Below, in pieces: positions 28,786 through 38,642 of a stretch of 64,000 bases of DNA (its first letter is position 1; the number at the start of each line of letters is the position of its first letter). A program made the translations under genes and the position numbers. Under the pieces are notes generated by a model. The model was not told where the DNA came from, did not search any database, and was given only the letters and a program-made list of their open reading frames with translations. The DNA comes from an uncultured Eubacteriales bacterium. Lineage in GTDB: Bacteria; Bacillota; Clostridia; Oscillospirales; Acutalibacteraceae. The DNA is taken from contig ONAL01000010.1 of the NCBI GenBank assembly GCA_900315785.1, positions 4,437 to 68,436 of the forward strand. The letters are read 5' to 3'.

Positions 28786-30997
28786 CGTCGGGCTCCTTCA
28801 AAAAATGCTTCAGACCGCTGTAACGCTTGTTTTTGCGGTTGTTTCTTACCATGTTTTCAATCACGGTTTCGCTTCCGACGATTATCATCAGCTTCTTGGA
28901 GCGGGTGACCGCCGTGTAGAGCAGGTTGCGGTACTGGAGCGTCGGCGCGCCTCTGAAAAGCGGCATAACGACCGCCTCGAACTCGTTTCCCTGACTCTTG
29001 TGAACCGTCGTGGCGTAGCTCAGGTCAAGGTCTGACGCGCAGTCAAAATCGTACGTCGCGCATTTGTCGTCAAACTGCACCCTGATAATCCTCGAGCGCT
29101 TGTTTATGCTCTCGATAACGCCGATTTCGCCGTTGAAAATTCCGCCGCCGACTTCGCCGTTTTCCCTGACCCAGCTCAAGTCGTAGTTGTTCTTGATTTG
29201 CATAACCTTGTCGCCCTCGCGCAGGGTCTTGTTTCCGATTTTGAGCTCGTTTTTCTCGGGGTCGGACGGATTGATGACCTCCTGGAGCATTGAGTTGAGC
29301 TCCGTCACGCCGAGCGCGCCCTTTCGACCGGGAGAGAGAATCTGAATATCCTTGTAGACGTCGTAGCCGTAAGCGTTCTTGAGCCTGTGCGAAGCGAGCT
29401 CAATCACCGTCTGCTCGATAACGCGCTTGTCCTCGGAGCGCAGAAAGAAGAAGTCCTTGTCCCGAGCCGTCAAATCGGGCATTTCGCCGTTCACGATTCT
29501 GTGCGCGTTTGTGACAATCAGGCTCTTCATCGACTGACGGAAAATCTCCGTCAGCTGAACCACGGGAACAATTCCCGAGCTGATGAGGTCGTCGAGCACG
29601 TTTCCTGCGCCTACCGACGGAAGCTGATGTGAATCGCCGACGAGTATCAGTCTGCAGCCGAGCGGAAGCGACTTCATCACGCACTCAAAGAGCTGCGCGT
29701 CGACCATACTCACCTCATCGATAATCAGCGCGTCGCAGTTTAAGAGGTTTTTTTCGTTGTGCTTGAATTCGAGCAGATTGTTCTTGCTCCACGAAACCTC
29801 GAGCAGCCTGTGGATAGTCTTTGCCTCGTCGCCCGTGACCTCGCTCATCCGCTGAGCCGCTCTGCCTGTCGGAGCGCAGAGCAGAACCTTTTGTCCCTTG
29901 TTTTTGAGGATTTTGATTATCGCGTTCAGCGTAGTGGTTTTGCCCGTTCCGGGTCCGCCAGTCAGCACCAGAAGTCCGCGTGAAAGCGCCTGAGTAATCG
30001 CTTCTTTCTGGAGCTCGGCGTATTCAATGCCGTTGTATTCCTCAATCGCCTTTATGTTCTCCGCGATATCCGAGAACGTCGGAGCGGGGAAGCGGAGCAT
30101 CATCTTGATTCTCGCCGCTATGTAGCTCTCCGACTGAAACATCGCCGTCGAGAATATGTAGCTTTTGTCATCGGCGGAAAAGCTTATCAGCGAGTTGTCC
30201 TCAATCATTGAGTCGAGCGCGTTCTGAGCGAGCTCGAGCGGCACGCTCAGGAACTTCGCCGAGGTCTCGCACAGTCTGTCCATCGGCAGACAGGTGTGGC
30301 CGTTGCCCATATTGTGCCTGAGCACAAACGCGAGCCCCGAGCGGATTCTCAGCCTGTCGTCGGGCTCTCTGCCGAGCTTTCTTATCGCGATTTCGTCAGC
30401 CTTTTCAAAGCCGATTCCGAAGTCGCCGTCGGAAAGGCAGTATGGGTTGCGCTCGATTTCCGCAATCGAGTTGGAGCCGAAGCTCTTGATAATCCTCACC
30501 GCCTCGGCGGGGCTTATGCCGTAGTCCGCGAGGTACAGCATAAGCTGACGTATTCCCGTGTTTTCTCTGAGCTGTTTGGAGATGTCGCTCGCCTTCTTGA
30601 GCGAAATTCCCTTGAGCTTCGCCACTCTCTGAGGCTCGTTTTCGAGCACCTCGAGAGTTTGCGAGCCGAAGTTCTGCACCAGCAAAGCCGCCGTCGAGGG
30701 TCCGATACCCTTTATCGAGCCCGAGCTCAGATAGTTGAGTATGCCCGCAACGTCCTTTGGCAGACTTTTTTCGTAGGTCGAAACGGCGAACTGCATTCCG
30801 TAGTTCGGGTGCGGCTTGTAAACGCCGATGAGCTTGACGCCCTCGCCGACGTTTGTATCGGGCATAATGCCAACGGCTACAGTCTCGTCCTCGTCGTCGA
30901 GCTCAAGCACGGTGTAGCCGTTCCGGTCGTTCCTGTATATAATTGTGGCAACAGTGCCCGAAAGCTCGAGCAGCTCTGAATTGTCCATATATTTCAC
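28778..30997 (-). CDS. recD2: RecD2-type SF1 DNA helicase
   Basis: Walker A GGPGTGKTT, DEVSMVD, C-terminal TVHKSQGNEF; N-terminal OB/HhH region typical of RecD2. Confidence 0.9.
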   Translation of the reverse strand: MKYMDNSELLELSGTVATIIYRNDRNGYTVLELDDEDETVAVGIMPDTNVGEGVKLIGVYKPHPNYGMQFAVSTYEKSLPKDVAGILNYLSSGSIKGIGPSTAALLVQNFGSQTLEVLENEPQRVAKLKGISLKKASDISKQLRENTGIRQLMLYLADYGISPAEAVRIIKSFGSNSIAEIERNPYCLSDGDFGIGFEKADEIAIRKLGREPDDRLRIRSGLAFVLRHNMGNGHTCLPMDRLCETSAKFLSVPLELAQNALDSMIEDNSLISFSADDKSYIFSTAMFQSESYIAARIKMMLRFPAPTFSDIAENIKAIEEYNGIEYAELQKEAITQALSRGLLVLTGGPGTGKTTTLNAIIKILKNKGQKVLLCAPTGRAAQRMSEVTGDEAKTIHRLLEVSWSKNNLLEFKHNEKNLLNCDALIIDEVSMVDAQLFECVMKSLPLGCRLILVGDSHQLPSVGAGNVLDDLISSGIVPVVQLTEIFRQSMKSLIVTNAHRIVNGEMPDLTARDKDFFFLRSEDKRVIEQTVIELASHRLKNAYGYDVYKDIQILSPGRKGALGVTELNSMLQEVINPSDPEKNELKIGNKTLREGDKVMQIKNNYDLSWVRENGEVGGGIFNGEIGVIESINKRSRIIRVQFDDKCATYDFDCASDLDLSYATTVHKSQGNEFEAVVMPLFRGAPTLQYRNLLYTAVTRSKKLMIIVGSETVIENMVRNNRKNKRYSGLKHFLKEPDGD

Positions 30998-31034
30998 CGT
31001 CCTAATTATACTATAAGGCTAAGTGAAAAACAAG

Positions 31035-31370
31035 CTAAATCTTTTCGATGCGCTCCTTGAGCTCGTCGCGTGAGCAGAGTTCCATAAACGGATAATCACC
31101 GCACACCAGCGAGCAGATTTTGCGCGTCTCGTCGTCCATTCCGCAGTCGAGCACAGCGACCCTGTCGGGCGCGAATCTGCCCATCCACATCACCTTTCCC
31201 GCAGCCGAACGCAGGAGATACTCGGCGTTATCCGACGCCTTTATCGGCTCGATAAGTATGATTTCCTTTGACTGAGGGCTTCTCGTCAAGCCTCTGATTA
31301 TTCCCGTCACAAAATGTACGAACCCTATAAGGGCAAAAATGCTAAGAACCGTAAACGCAAACCACTGCAT
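31035..31370 (-). CDS. hypothetical membrane-anchored protein (111 aa)
   Basis: Single N-terminal TM segment then soluble domain; no family recognised. Confidence 0.45.
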   Translation of the reverse strand: MQWFAFTVLSIFALIGFVHFVTGIIRGLTRSPQSKEIILIEPIKASDNAEYLLRSAAGKVMWMGRFAPDRVAVLDCGMDDETRKICSLVCGDYPFMELCSRDELKERIEKI

Positions 31371-31420
31371 AAACTCACCTCGGTATATTTTATCGGAAAT
31401 CCGAGGTTATGTGCCAACAA

Positions 31421-31449
31421 AGAAAAGAGCTGCCGCAGCGCGGCAGCCC
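31421..31449 (-). terminator. rho-independent terminator after the AGCS gene
   Basis: Minus strand GGGCTGCCG-cgctg-CGGCAGCTC followed by TTTTCTTTGTT. Confidence 0.75.
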
Positions 31450-31454
31450 GTAGT

Positions 31455-32868
31455 TTATTTCCAGAAGCTGAGCTTTGAGTCGTCGAGCCCGATATCACGA
31501 GCCCTGAACACGGGGTTAAGCCCTTTCTTTTTCTGCTTTTCGTAGTCTCTGAGCGCCTTAATCGCGACTCCCGACAGGATAACGCAGCACGGAATGTTGA
31601 TAAGCGTCATACCGCCCATCGTGATATCCGCCAGAATCCACGCGAGGTCTGCGGAAATCAGCGCGCCGACAAATACCACGAGCACGCAGAACGCGTAGAA
31701 GATGTTCATAAACAGCTTTGAGGGACGCTTTTTCTTGTTGAGATACGCGAGCGCGTTGTCGACGTAGTAGAGGTTTCCGATAAGCGTTGTGAACGTGAAC
31801 AGAACCATAGCGATGGTGATGAATATCGGACCGAAATCGTAAAAAACGGTCGAGATAGCCTTCTGAACGTACGGCGCGCCCGATACATCGGCGCCAAATG
31901 TCACGCCCGAGCTCAGGCACATAAGAGCCGTAGCCGTGCAGAGCAGCATTGTGTCGATATAAACGGAAACAGTCTGAACCAGACCCTGCTTAACGGGGTG
32001 AGTAACGTCGGCGGAAGCCGAAGCGTTCGGAGCCGAGCCTACGCCCGCCTCGTTCGAGAACAGACCTCTTTTGATACCGTAAACAAGGCACGAGCCGCTT
32101 ATTCCGCCGAAAATCTGAAGTTGAACGCGTCCTTGAAGATTTCGCCGAACATCGCAGGGATGTTTGTGACGTGGAACGCGATAACAATCAGAGCCGCGAG
32201 CACATAGAGGATACCCATAACGGGAACAATCTTCTCCGTGATTTTGATGATACGCTTGCCGCCGCCGAAAACGCAAAGTCCGACAGCCGCCGCAATCACG
32301 GCGCCGACAATCAACGGCGTCCAGGTAGCGTCGTAGAAGCTGTACGCCTCAAAGGTGGACTGCAGATTGTACGAGCAGAGAAGGTTAAATCCGAACGCGT
32401 ATGTAGCGATGAGGAACACGCAGAACAGCGCCGCGATAAACGGCTTTCTGAGCGCCTGTTCAATGTAGTACGCGGGACCGCCGAAGCAGTGACCATCCTT
32501 GTCCCTGCGCTTGTAAATCTGCGCGAGCGTACTCTCGATAAACGCCGACGAAGCGCCGATAATGCACATAATCCACATCCAGAAGCACGCTCCGGGACCG
32601 CCTATGCAAATCGCCGTGGAAACGCCTACGATGTTGCCTGTGCCGACTCGCGACGCGGTCGATACCATCAGCGCCTGAAACGAGCTTACGTGCTGTTTGC
32701 CCGACGGCTTTTCCATAATCAGTCGGCAGGATTCGCCGAAGAGCCTTACCTGTGCAAAGAGCGGCTGCGGATTGTAAAGAAAATTCCTGCCGCCGCGAGA
32801 ACGATAATCAGTATCGGAAAATACATTATATCGTCAACGCTGTTTAAAAATCCTGTTATTGCTTCCAT
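31455..32868 (-). pseudogene. alanine/glycine:cation symporter (AGCS family), interrupted by two 1-nt frame shifts
   Basis: Three consecutive frames give MEAITGFLNSVDDIMYFP.., then VRLFGES..SFQALMVSTASRVGTGNIVG.., then IFGGISGS..GLFSNEAGVGSAP..; breaks near 32756-32758 and 32115-32121; 1414 nt becomes 472 codons if two bases are added. Confidence 0.8.
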
Positions 32869-33689
32869 CATCCTGTCTCCTTTCTGATTCCGAAAACTCT
32901 GACGGCGTTTTTGTACATCAGATTTTCGTAATCCTCGGGGGAAATCATTTCCTTCAATTCGTTAAAATACTGCTGATAAAGCGAGCGGTCGCCTGTTCTG
33001 TTGTGCAGCAGCGTGTCCTTGCCGTCGATTGGGTTGTCGGTTCCGAAGAGCATTTTTTCCGAGCCGCAGCGCTTTATCGCCTCGACCGTGGTTTTCACGG
33101 GAACCCACGTCGTGTCGCCGTAGAGGTTCGGGAGCTTGCCGAGCAAATTGAGCGCCTCGCTGTTGTCCGTTCCCAAATCCATATGAACCATAACAAAGTT
33201 GATGTCGGGGTGAGCCTTTGCCGCGTTATATAAATGTATGGAGCGCGCCTGCTCATTGCCGCCTGTGTGCGACACAACCGTCAGCCCGAAATCCCTCGCG
33301 AGCGCGTACACGGGTTCCAGCTTTTCATCATCGGGGGCGACGAGCGAATGAAACGGGTGGAGCTTGATTCCGTAAATCAGCTCTCGGTTCTCGGCAATCA
33401 TATTCCTCAGTTCCTCGTCGGGAGTTTCCCGGAATATTCTGAGCCAGATTAATACCCCGAGCTTGTCGCTGTTGCGCCGAGCGATTTCAAGAGTTTTTCT
33501 GAGGAGCTTGTTCTGCGGCTTTCTCAGAAAGAACGGAACCTTCCGTCCCTTGTGGTCGTGCTCCGCCGCTTCGATATTGCTGACCAGGGAGAAGTCGATT
33601 CCGTACCTGTCCATAGAGTACAGAAGGTCAGCCTCGGTCATATTAAATCCTATCATATGCCCTACGTGGGCGTGTGTATCAATAATCAT
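32868..33689 (-). CDS. TIM-barrel metal-dependent amidohydrolase family protein
   Basis: IIDTHAHVG start and later HTGG / VHMD metal-ligand-like motifs. Confidence 0.75.
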   Translation of the reverse strand: MIIDTHAHVGHMIGFNMTEADLLYSMDRYGIDFSLVSNIEAAEHDHKGRKVPFFLRKPQNKLLRKTLEIARRNSDKLGVLIWLRIFRETPDEELRNMIAENRELIYGIKLHPFHSLVAPDDEKLEPVYALARDFGLTVVSHTGGNEQARSIHLYNAAKAHPDINFVMVHMDLGTDNSEALNLLGKLPNLYGDTTWVPVKTTVEAIKRCGSEKMLFGTDNPIDGKDTLLHNRTGDRSLYQQYFNELKEMISPEDYENLMYKNAVRVFGIRKETG

Positions 33690-34486
33690 AGCTCAACCGA
33701 CAGAAACGTGTGCAGAAAGTCCTTGAAGATTTCCGCCCAGGCGTCCTCGTGGTGCTTGTTTTCAAGGAGCACAACCTCGTTGAGGCTCTGCGGCGGATAG
33801 CATTCCGACAGAATGTCGTATACGCCCTCCATACACTGATAAATCATCTTTTCCATATCGTCGCCCGCACCGCTGTAGAGGTAGAGATACGGCATTTTTT
33901 CTCGGAGCGATTTGAAAATCCAGCCCGCTAAATCCTCGGGCTTGAAGAGCATAAAGCAGGGAGAGAACACTCCCGCCGCTCCGAACAAATCGGGGTGTGT
34001 AAGCGCCGTGTAGAACGACTGAACTCCGCCCGAAGAGCTGCCGCAGAACGCCGTGCTTTCTCTGCCTTTTTTCACAGGGAACCGAGCCTCGACCGCGGGC
34101 ATAACCGTGTTGATGATGAAGTCGTCGAACTCCTCACCCTCAGGTGAAACCATTTTTCTCGCTTCCTCGGGCATTTCGGGCGGAAGCATCAGCTCGCCGA
34201 TGGACTTCGGCATAAGCTCGTTTGCCCGCTCCCAAGGCGGTCCGTCGTTGTGGATTCCCACAATAATCGCCGCTTTGCCCGTGTTCTCGCGCTCTGCCTT
34301 GACCGCTTCACGCGTGTACCAGCAGCCAAACCTTACGTTGTCGTCATCAAAAAGATTCTGACCGTCCGTCATATAGATTACGGGCAGGGTTTCGCCCTCG
34401 TCGTGCGGCGGAACGAAAACGCGGACGAGCCTGTCGCCTTTATCGCGATAGGGCAGCAGCAATTCAACTGTTTTTTCGTCTGTCAT
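33686..34486 (-). CDS. alpha/beta-fold esterase family protein
   Basis: IYMTDGQNLFDD and nucleophile elbow GSSSG; ATGA overlap with downstream gene. Confidence 0.75.
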   Translation of the reverse strand: MTDEKTVELLLPYRDKGDRLVRVFVPPHDEGETLPVIYMTDGQNLFDDDNVRFGCWYTREAVKAERENTGKAAIIVGIHNDGPPWERANELMPKSIGELMLPPEMPEEARKMVSPEGEEFDDFIINTVMPAVEARFPVKKGRESTAFCGSSSGGVQSFYTALTHPDLFGAAGVFSPCFMLFKPEDLAGWIFKSLREKMPYLYLYSGAGDDMEKMIYQCMEGVYDILSECYPPQSLNEVVLLENKHHEDAWAEIFKDFLHTFLSVEL

Positions 34487-34501
34487 ATTGTCCTCCTCAT
34501 T

Positions 34502-35131
34502 TTATTCTCGCATTATTATAACAACCGTGAGCAGCAGTAAAACGGAAATCCATATCGTTCGGATTCCCCAAACGCCCGACAGAATACCGCCGACGCCTGC
34601 GCCGATTGCGAATATAAAGATTATTCCGAAGAAGTGCAGTGATTTGCGGAGAAACTGTCTGTCCTTTTCTCTCGCGTACTGCGAAATACTCTCGATTCCG
34701 CTCCGAAGGTTTCCGATGCACATTGTGCTCGCGTAGCCGTAGCCGTGAACCTTCCTGAACGTCTGCACCTGCATAGCGCACGAAAACGAGACTATCATAT
34801 TTGCTATCATATCAAATTTCCGACCGATAAATCCGACCGCAAGCAGCGAAAGGATTTCCAGAATCAGTATCATATGCCGCCAATGCCTGTTTTCAAAATG
34901 GCTTTCAATTCTCTCCGCAACGAGAATTCCTGCCGCAAACGCCAAAAGCGGCACCATATAGCTCAGCGCCGCCGCGACATTTCCGAGCATAAAGTTCTGG
35001 CTCATCAGTACGACGTTTCCCGTCTGAGCGTTTGCGAATACGTTTCCGCGGACGTTGTATGTGTACGCGTCCTGAAGCCCTCCCGAAAACGAAAGGACCG
35101 CGCTCAGCCGAAAGCTTTCAGATGTTTTCAT
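34502..35131 (-). CDS. YoaK/DUF1275 family membrane protein
   Basis: GGLQDAYTYNVRGNVFANAQTGNVVL motif and about 6 hydrophobic segments. Confidence 0.8.
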   Translation of the reverse strand: MKTSESFRLSAVLSFSGGLQDAYTYNVRGNVFANAQTGNVVLMSQNFMLGNVAAALSYMVPLLAFAAGILVAERIESHFENRHWRHMILILEILSLLAVGFIGRKFDMIANMIVSFSCAMQVQTFRKVHGYGYASTMCIGNLRSGIESISQYAREKDRQFLRKSLHFFGIIFIFAIGAGVGGILSGVWGIRTIWISVLLLLTVVIIMRE

Positions 35132-35144
35132 TCACACATTCCTT

Positions 35145-36506
35145 TCATTTCCTTATGAGCAGAGCCACCGTCTCGACGTGAGCCGTTCGGCTGAACATAT
35201 CGACGGGCGTAGCTTCTCTTACCTCATAGCCCTTTTCCGAGAAGAGCTTCAAATCCCTTGCGAGAGTTTCGGGGTCGCAGCTCACATAAACCGCGCGCTT
35301 CGGCGCCATCTTTACGATTGTGCCTATCAGCTCCGCGTCACAGCCCTTTCTCGGCGGGTCGATGATGACCACGTCAGGCTTTGTTCCTTCTTTTCTCAGC
35401 TCCTCGGCGGCATAAGCCGCGTCGCTGCAGATAAACCTCGCGTTGGTTATGCCGTTTGCCTTTGCGTTTTCCTCCGCGTCTCTGACCGCGTCGGCGATAA
35501 TCTCCACGCCGACAAGGCTCTTGCACTTCTCAGCCATACTCAGACCGATTGTGCCCGTGCCGCAGTAGAGGTCGAGCAGCGTTTCATTTCCTGTCAGATT
35601 AGCATAGTTCTCGGCGATTTCGTAGAGCTTCTCCGCCTGATTCCTGTTAACCTGATAGAACGACATAGGGGAGAGCTTGAAGCTTTTTCCCCTCAGCACG
35701 TCCGTAATGTGTCCCGAGCCGTAAGCCGTGCGGTTTCTGCCTCCGAGGATTACGTTTGTGTCCTCGCGGTTCGAGTTGATTACTACGGTTTTCAGCTCGG
35801 GGATTTCCTCTCTGAGCGTCTTGACGAGCAAATCCTCCTGCTTCAGTCCGTTTCCGTTCACAACCAGGCAAACCATAAGCTCGCCTGTCTGTTCCGCATA
35901 CCTTATATATATGTGTCTGAGCTTGCCCCTTTTAGAGCCCTCGTCGTAGGCGCTCTGGGCGGTCTCGTCCATAAACCTCTTGACTGTCGCGTTAACCCTG
36001 TTGAAAAGCTCGGGCTGGAGCATACAGTCGTCGAGCGGAATTATCCTGTGGCTGTGATTGGCAAAGAAGCCAAGCTCAACGCCGTTTTCGGAATTCCTCG
36101 CGGGAAGCTGAGCCTTGTTTCTGTAGCGGTCAACCCTGTCGTTTCCCGCAACGGGATTAATTTTCAGATTCTCAAAACCGCCGATACGCTCGAGCGCGTC
36201 CCTGACGCGGCTGTACTTGATTTCAAGCTCCGCTTCATAGGAGATGTGACGGTATACGCAGCCGCCGCATTTTCTGAAAACGGGACAGTCAACCTCAATT
36301 CTGTTCTCCGACGGAGAGACAATCGTCTCGATTTTTCCGTAAGCGTAGGTTTTCTTGGTTTTAAGTATTCTGACCTCGAGGTCGTCGCCGATTGCCGACA
36401 TCGGCACAAACACGACAACGCCGTCCTCTGTCTTGCCGACGCCGCTACCCTGAGCCGTCATAGAGGTTATCCTCAGCCTTATGATATCGTTCTTTTTCAA
36501 ATCCAT
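35145..36506 (-). CDS. rlmD: 23S rRNA (uracil-C5)-methyltransferase, RumA/RlmD family
   Basis: TRAM domain, Fe-S Cys cluster (CPVFRKCGGCVYRH), SAM fold (DLYCGTGTIG, IIDPPRKG); ATG 36506 (MDLKKND) preferred. Confidence 0.85.
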   Translation of the reverse strand: MDLKKNDIIRLRITSMTAQGSGVGKTEDGVVVFVPMSAIGDDLEVRILKTKKTYAYGKIETIVSPSENRIEVDCPVFRKCGGCVYRHISYEAELEIKYSRVRDALERIGGFENLKINPVAGNDRVDRYRNKAQLPARNSENGVELGFFANHSHRIIPLDDCMLQPELFNRVNATVKRFMDETAQSAYDEGSKRGKLRHIYIRYAEQTGELMVCLVVNGNGLKQEDLLVKTLREEIPELKTVVINSNREDTNVILGGRNRTAYGSGHITDVLRGKSFKLSPMSFYQVNRNQAEKLYEIAENYANLTGNETLLDLYCGTGTIGLSMAEKCKSLVGVEIIADAVRDAEENAKANGITNARFICSDAAYAAEELRKEGTKPDVVIIDPPRKGCDAELIGTIVKMAPKRAVYVSCDPETLARDLKLFSEKGYEVREATPVDMFSRTAHVETVALLIRK

Positions 36507-36661
36507 AAAATCAACCGCCAAAAAAGTATAGAAATATTGTACCATTTACCGCGATATTTGGCAATATGCGAGAAAATTAAAAAAAGGTATTTATTTTTAT
36601 CGGGAAAAGCAATATAATAATAGAAACGAATCGAAAACAAATCCGTAAGGAGATGTAGTTT

Positions 36662-38041
36662 ATGAAATACGATAATATTCTGGAAAATAAGAAGAGAATT
36701 CACTTTATCGGAATCGGCGGCAGCGGAATGTGCCCTCTCGCCGAAATCCTTATGAGCGAGGGCTTTGAGATTCAGGGCTCCGATATGAACGAGGGCGAAA
36801 CCCTCGACAAAATCAAAAGCTACGGAATCCCTGTATTTATGGGACACAGAGCCGAGAACATCGACGGCGCGGAGCTCGTTGTTTATTCCGCGGCTGTCAA
36901 GGAGGATAACCCCGAGCGCAAGGCGGCTAAGGAGAGAAACATTCCTCAGATTGAGCGCAGCGTAATGCTCGGTATCGTATCACGCCGCTACAGACGTTCA
37001 ATCGGCGTTTCGGGAACTCACGGCAAGACCTCGACCACAGGTATGCTCACCCAGACCTTAATCGGCGCGGGCTTCGACCCCTCGGCGATTATCGGCGGCA
37101 AGCTTCCTTTCATCGGCGGCAACAGCTACGTCGGTCACAGCGATATCATCGTGTGCGAAGCGTGCGAGTACGTGGACTCCTTCCTTGAGATGACGCCTTA
37201 TATCTCGATTGTACTCAACGTCGACGCAGACCACCTCGACTATTTCAAGAACCTCGACAATATCAAGAAGTCGTTCAACAAATTCGCTCACCAGACCTCT
37301 CAGCTCGTTGTCTACAACGGCGACGACGAGAATACCGTCGACTGTCTCAAGGATATCGAAATCGAAAAGCTCAGCTTCGGTATGAACGATACGAACGACT
37401 ACTATGCCGCCAACATCAGCGCAGATAAGGGTGTTCACGAAAAGTTTGACCTTATGTACAGAGGCGAAAAGCTCACCGAAATCAAGCTTATGGTACCAGG
37501 CAGACACAATATCTACAACGCTCTTGCGGCGGCAGCGGTTGCTCATTACCTCGGCGCAAGCCCCGAGAGCATTTCCGAGAACCTCTCGAAGTTCGGCGGA
37601 GTTCACCGCCGTTTCGAAATCCTCGGCAACCCGGGCGGAATCACCGTAGCCGACGACTTCGCTCATCATCCCACAGAGCTCAGGGCTACCCTCAACGCCG
37701 CGATGAAAATGGGCTTTGGCAAGGTCTGGGCGGTTTTCCAGCCTCACACCTTCTCCCGTACGGCTATGCTCCTCGACGACTTTGCCGAGGCTCTCAAAAT
37801 CCCCGACGAGGCGATTATCTCGGAAATTCTCCCTGTTCGTGAGACAAATACCTATAATATCTACAACACCGACCTCGGCGCGAAGGTTCCGAACTCAAAG
37901 TGTATCGACACCTTCGAGGATATTACAAGCTATGTGACCGAGAGCGCTCACGAGGGCGACCTCATCATCACAATGGGCGGCGGCAACGTCTATATGTGCG
38001 CGAATATGATTCTCGCAAAGCTCAAAGAAAAATACGAATAA
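36662..38041 (+). CDS. murC: UDP-N-acetylmuramate--L-alanine ligase
   Basis: GIGGSGM and Mur ligase P-loop GTHGKTSTT. Confidence 0.95.
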   Translation: MKYDNILENKKRIHFIGIGGSGMCPLAEILMSEGFEIQGSDMNEGETLDKIKSYGIPVFMGHRAENIDGAELVVYSAAVKEDNPERKAAKERNIPQIERSVMLGIVSRRYRRSIGVSGTHGKTSTTGMLTQTLIGAGFDPSAIIGGKLPFIGGNSYVGHSDIIVCEACEYVDSFLEMTPYISIVLNVDADHLDYFKNLDNIKKSFNKFAHQTSQLVVYNGDDENTVDCLKDIEIEKLSFGMNDTNDYYAANISADKGVHEKFDLMYRGEKLTEIKLMVPGRHNIYNALAAAAVAHYLGASPESISENLSKFGGVHRRFEILGNPGGITVADDFAHHPTELRATLNAAMKMGFGKVWAVFQPHTFSRTAMLLDDFAEALKIPDEAIISEILPVRETNTYNIYNTDLGAKVPNSKCIDTFEDITSYVTESAHEGDLIITMGGGNVYMCANMILAKLKEKYE

Positions 38042-38051
38042 CCCAAAAGCC

Positions 38052-38089
38052 AATCGGCAGAGCCAAGCGCTCTGCCGATTTATTTTTTA
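38052..38089. terminator. bidirectional terminator between murC and the DUF896 gene
   Basis: AATCGGCAGAGC-caagc-GCTCTGCCGATT followed by TATTTTTT. Confidence 0.8.
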
Positions 38090-38304
38090 TTCTCGTTTTT
38101 CATTTCCTTGAACGGCACAACTCTGCCGTCGGGGAACTCGACGTCCGTGTTGTCGAGCTGTCTCTCAAAGCTGTTTCTGAAGTTTTTCAGATATTTTTTG
38201 TAGAGCTCCTTCTGCTCAGCCTGTTCCTCAGCGCTGAGACCTTCTTCCTTTTTCTTCTTTGCAAGCTCGTTTATACGCTTAATCATTTCGTCCAATATTA
38301 TCAC
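38080..38304 (-). CDS. DUF896/UPF0291 family small protein
   Basis: IKRINELAKKKKEEGLSAEEQAEQKELYKKYL is typical of this family. Confidence 0.8.
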   Translation of the reverse strand: MIILDEMIKRINELAKKKKEEGLSAEEQAEQKELYKKYLKNFRNSFERQLDNTDVEFPDGRVVPFKEMKNENKK

Positions 38305-38464
38305 CTCGTCCCGATTATATCACATTTTTTACTAAAAATACATACCCAAAAAATCTTTTTTCCAAAACGAAATTAAAAAGGCGATAGACTGCACAAATTT
38401 TGACCCTTTAGTTTGGTGAAATCGCTAAAACATAAAATATGTACAAAAATTTTCCAACAATCTA

Positions 38465-38493
38465 TTGAAAATTATCAAAATAAATGTTACTAT
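38465..38493 (+). promoter_or_regulatory. sigma-A type promoter candidate for the surface-protein locus
   Basis: TTGAAA, 17-nt spacer, TACTAT; leaves a leader of about 145 nt. Confidence 0.45.
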
Positions 38494-38642
38494 TTAGTTA
38501 CGTTTTTAGTATAGGGACGGTTTGCGTGTTGAGTTTTGTTTCGAAGCTCTCGTTTCCACCGAGGAGGTCAGGCGGTAAAAGAACCCAATCTTATTTCCCT
38601 AACTAATCTCTGATAATTAATTCTAACGGAGGTAAAAAACTC

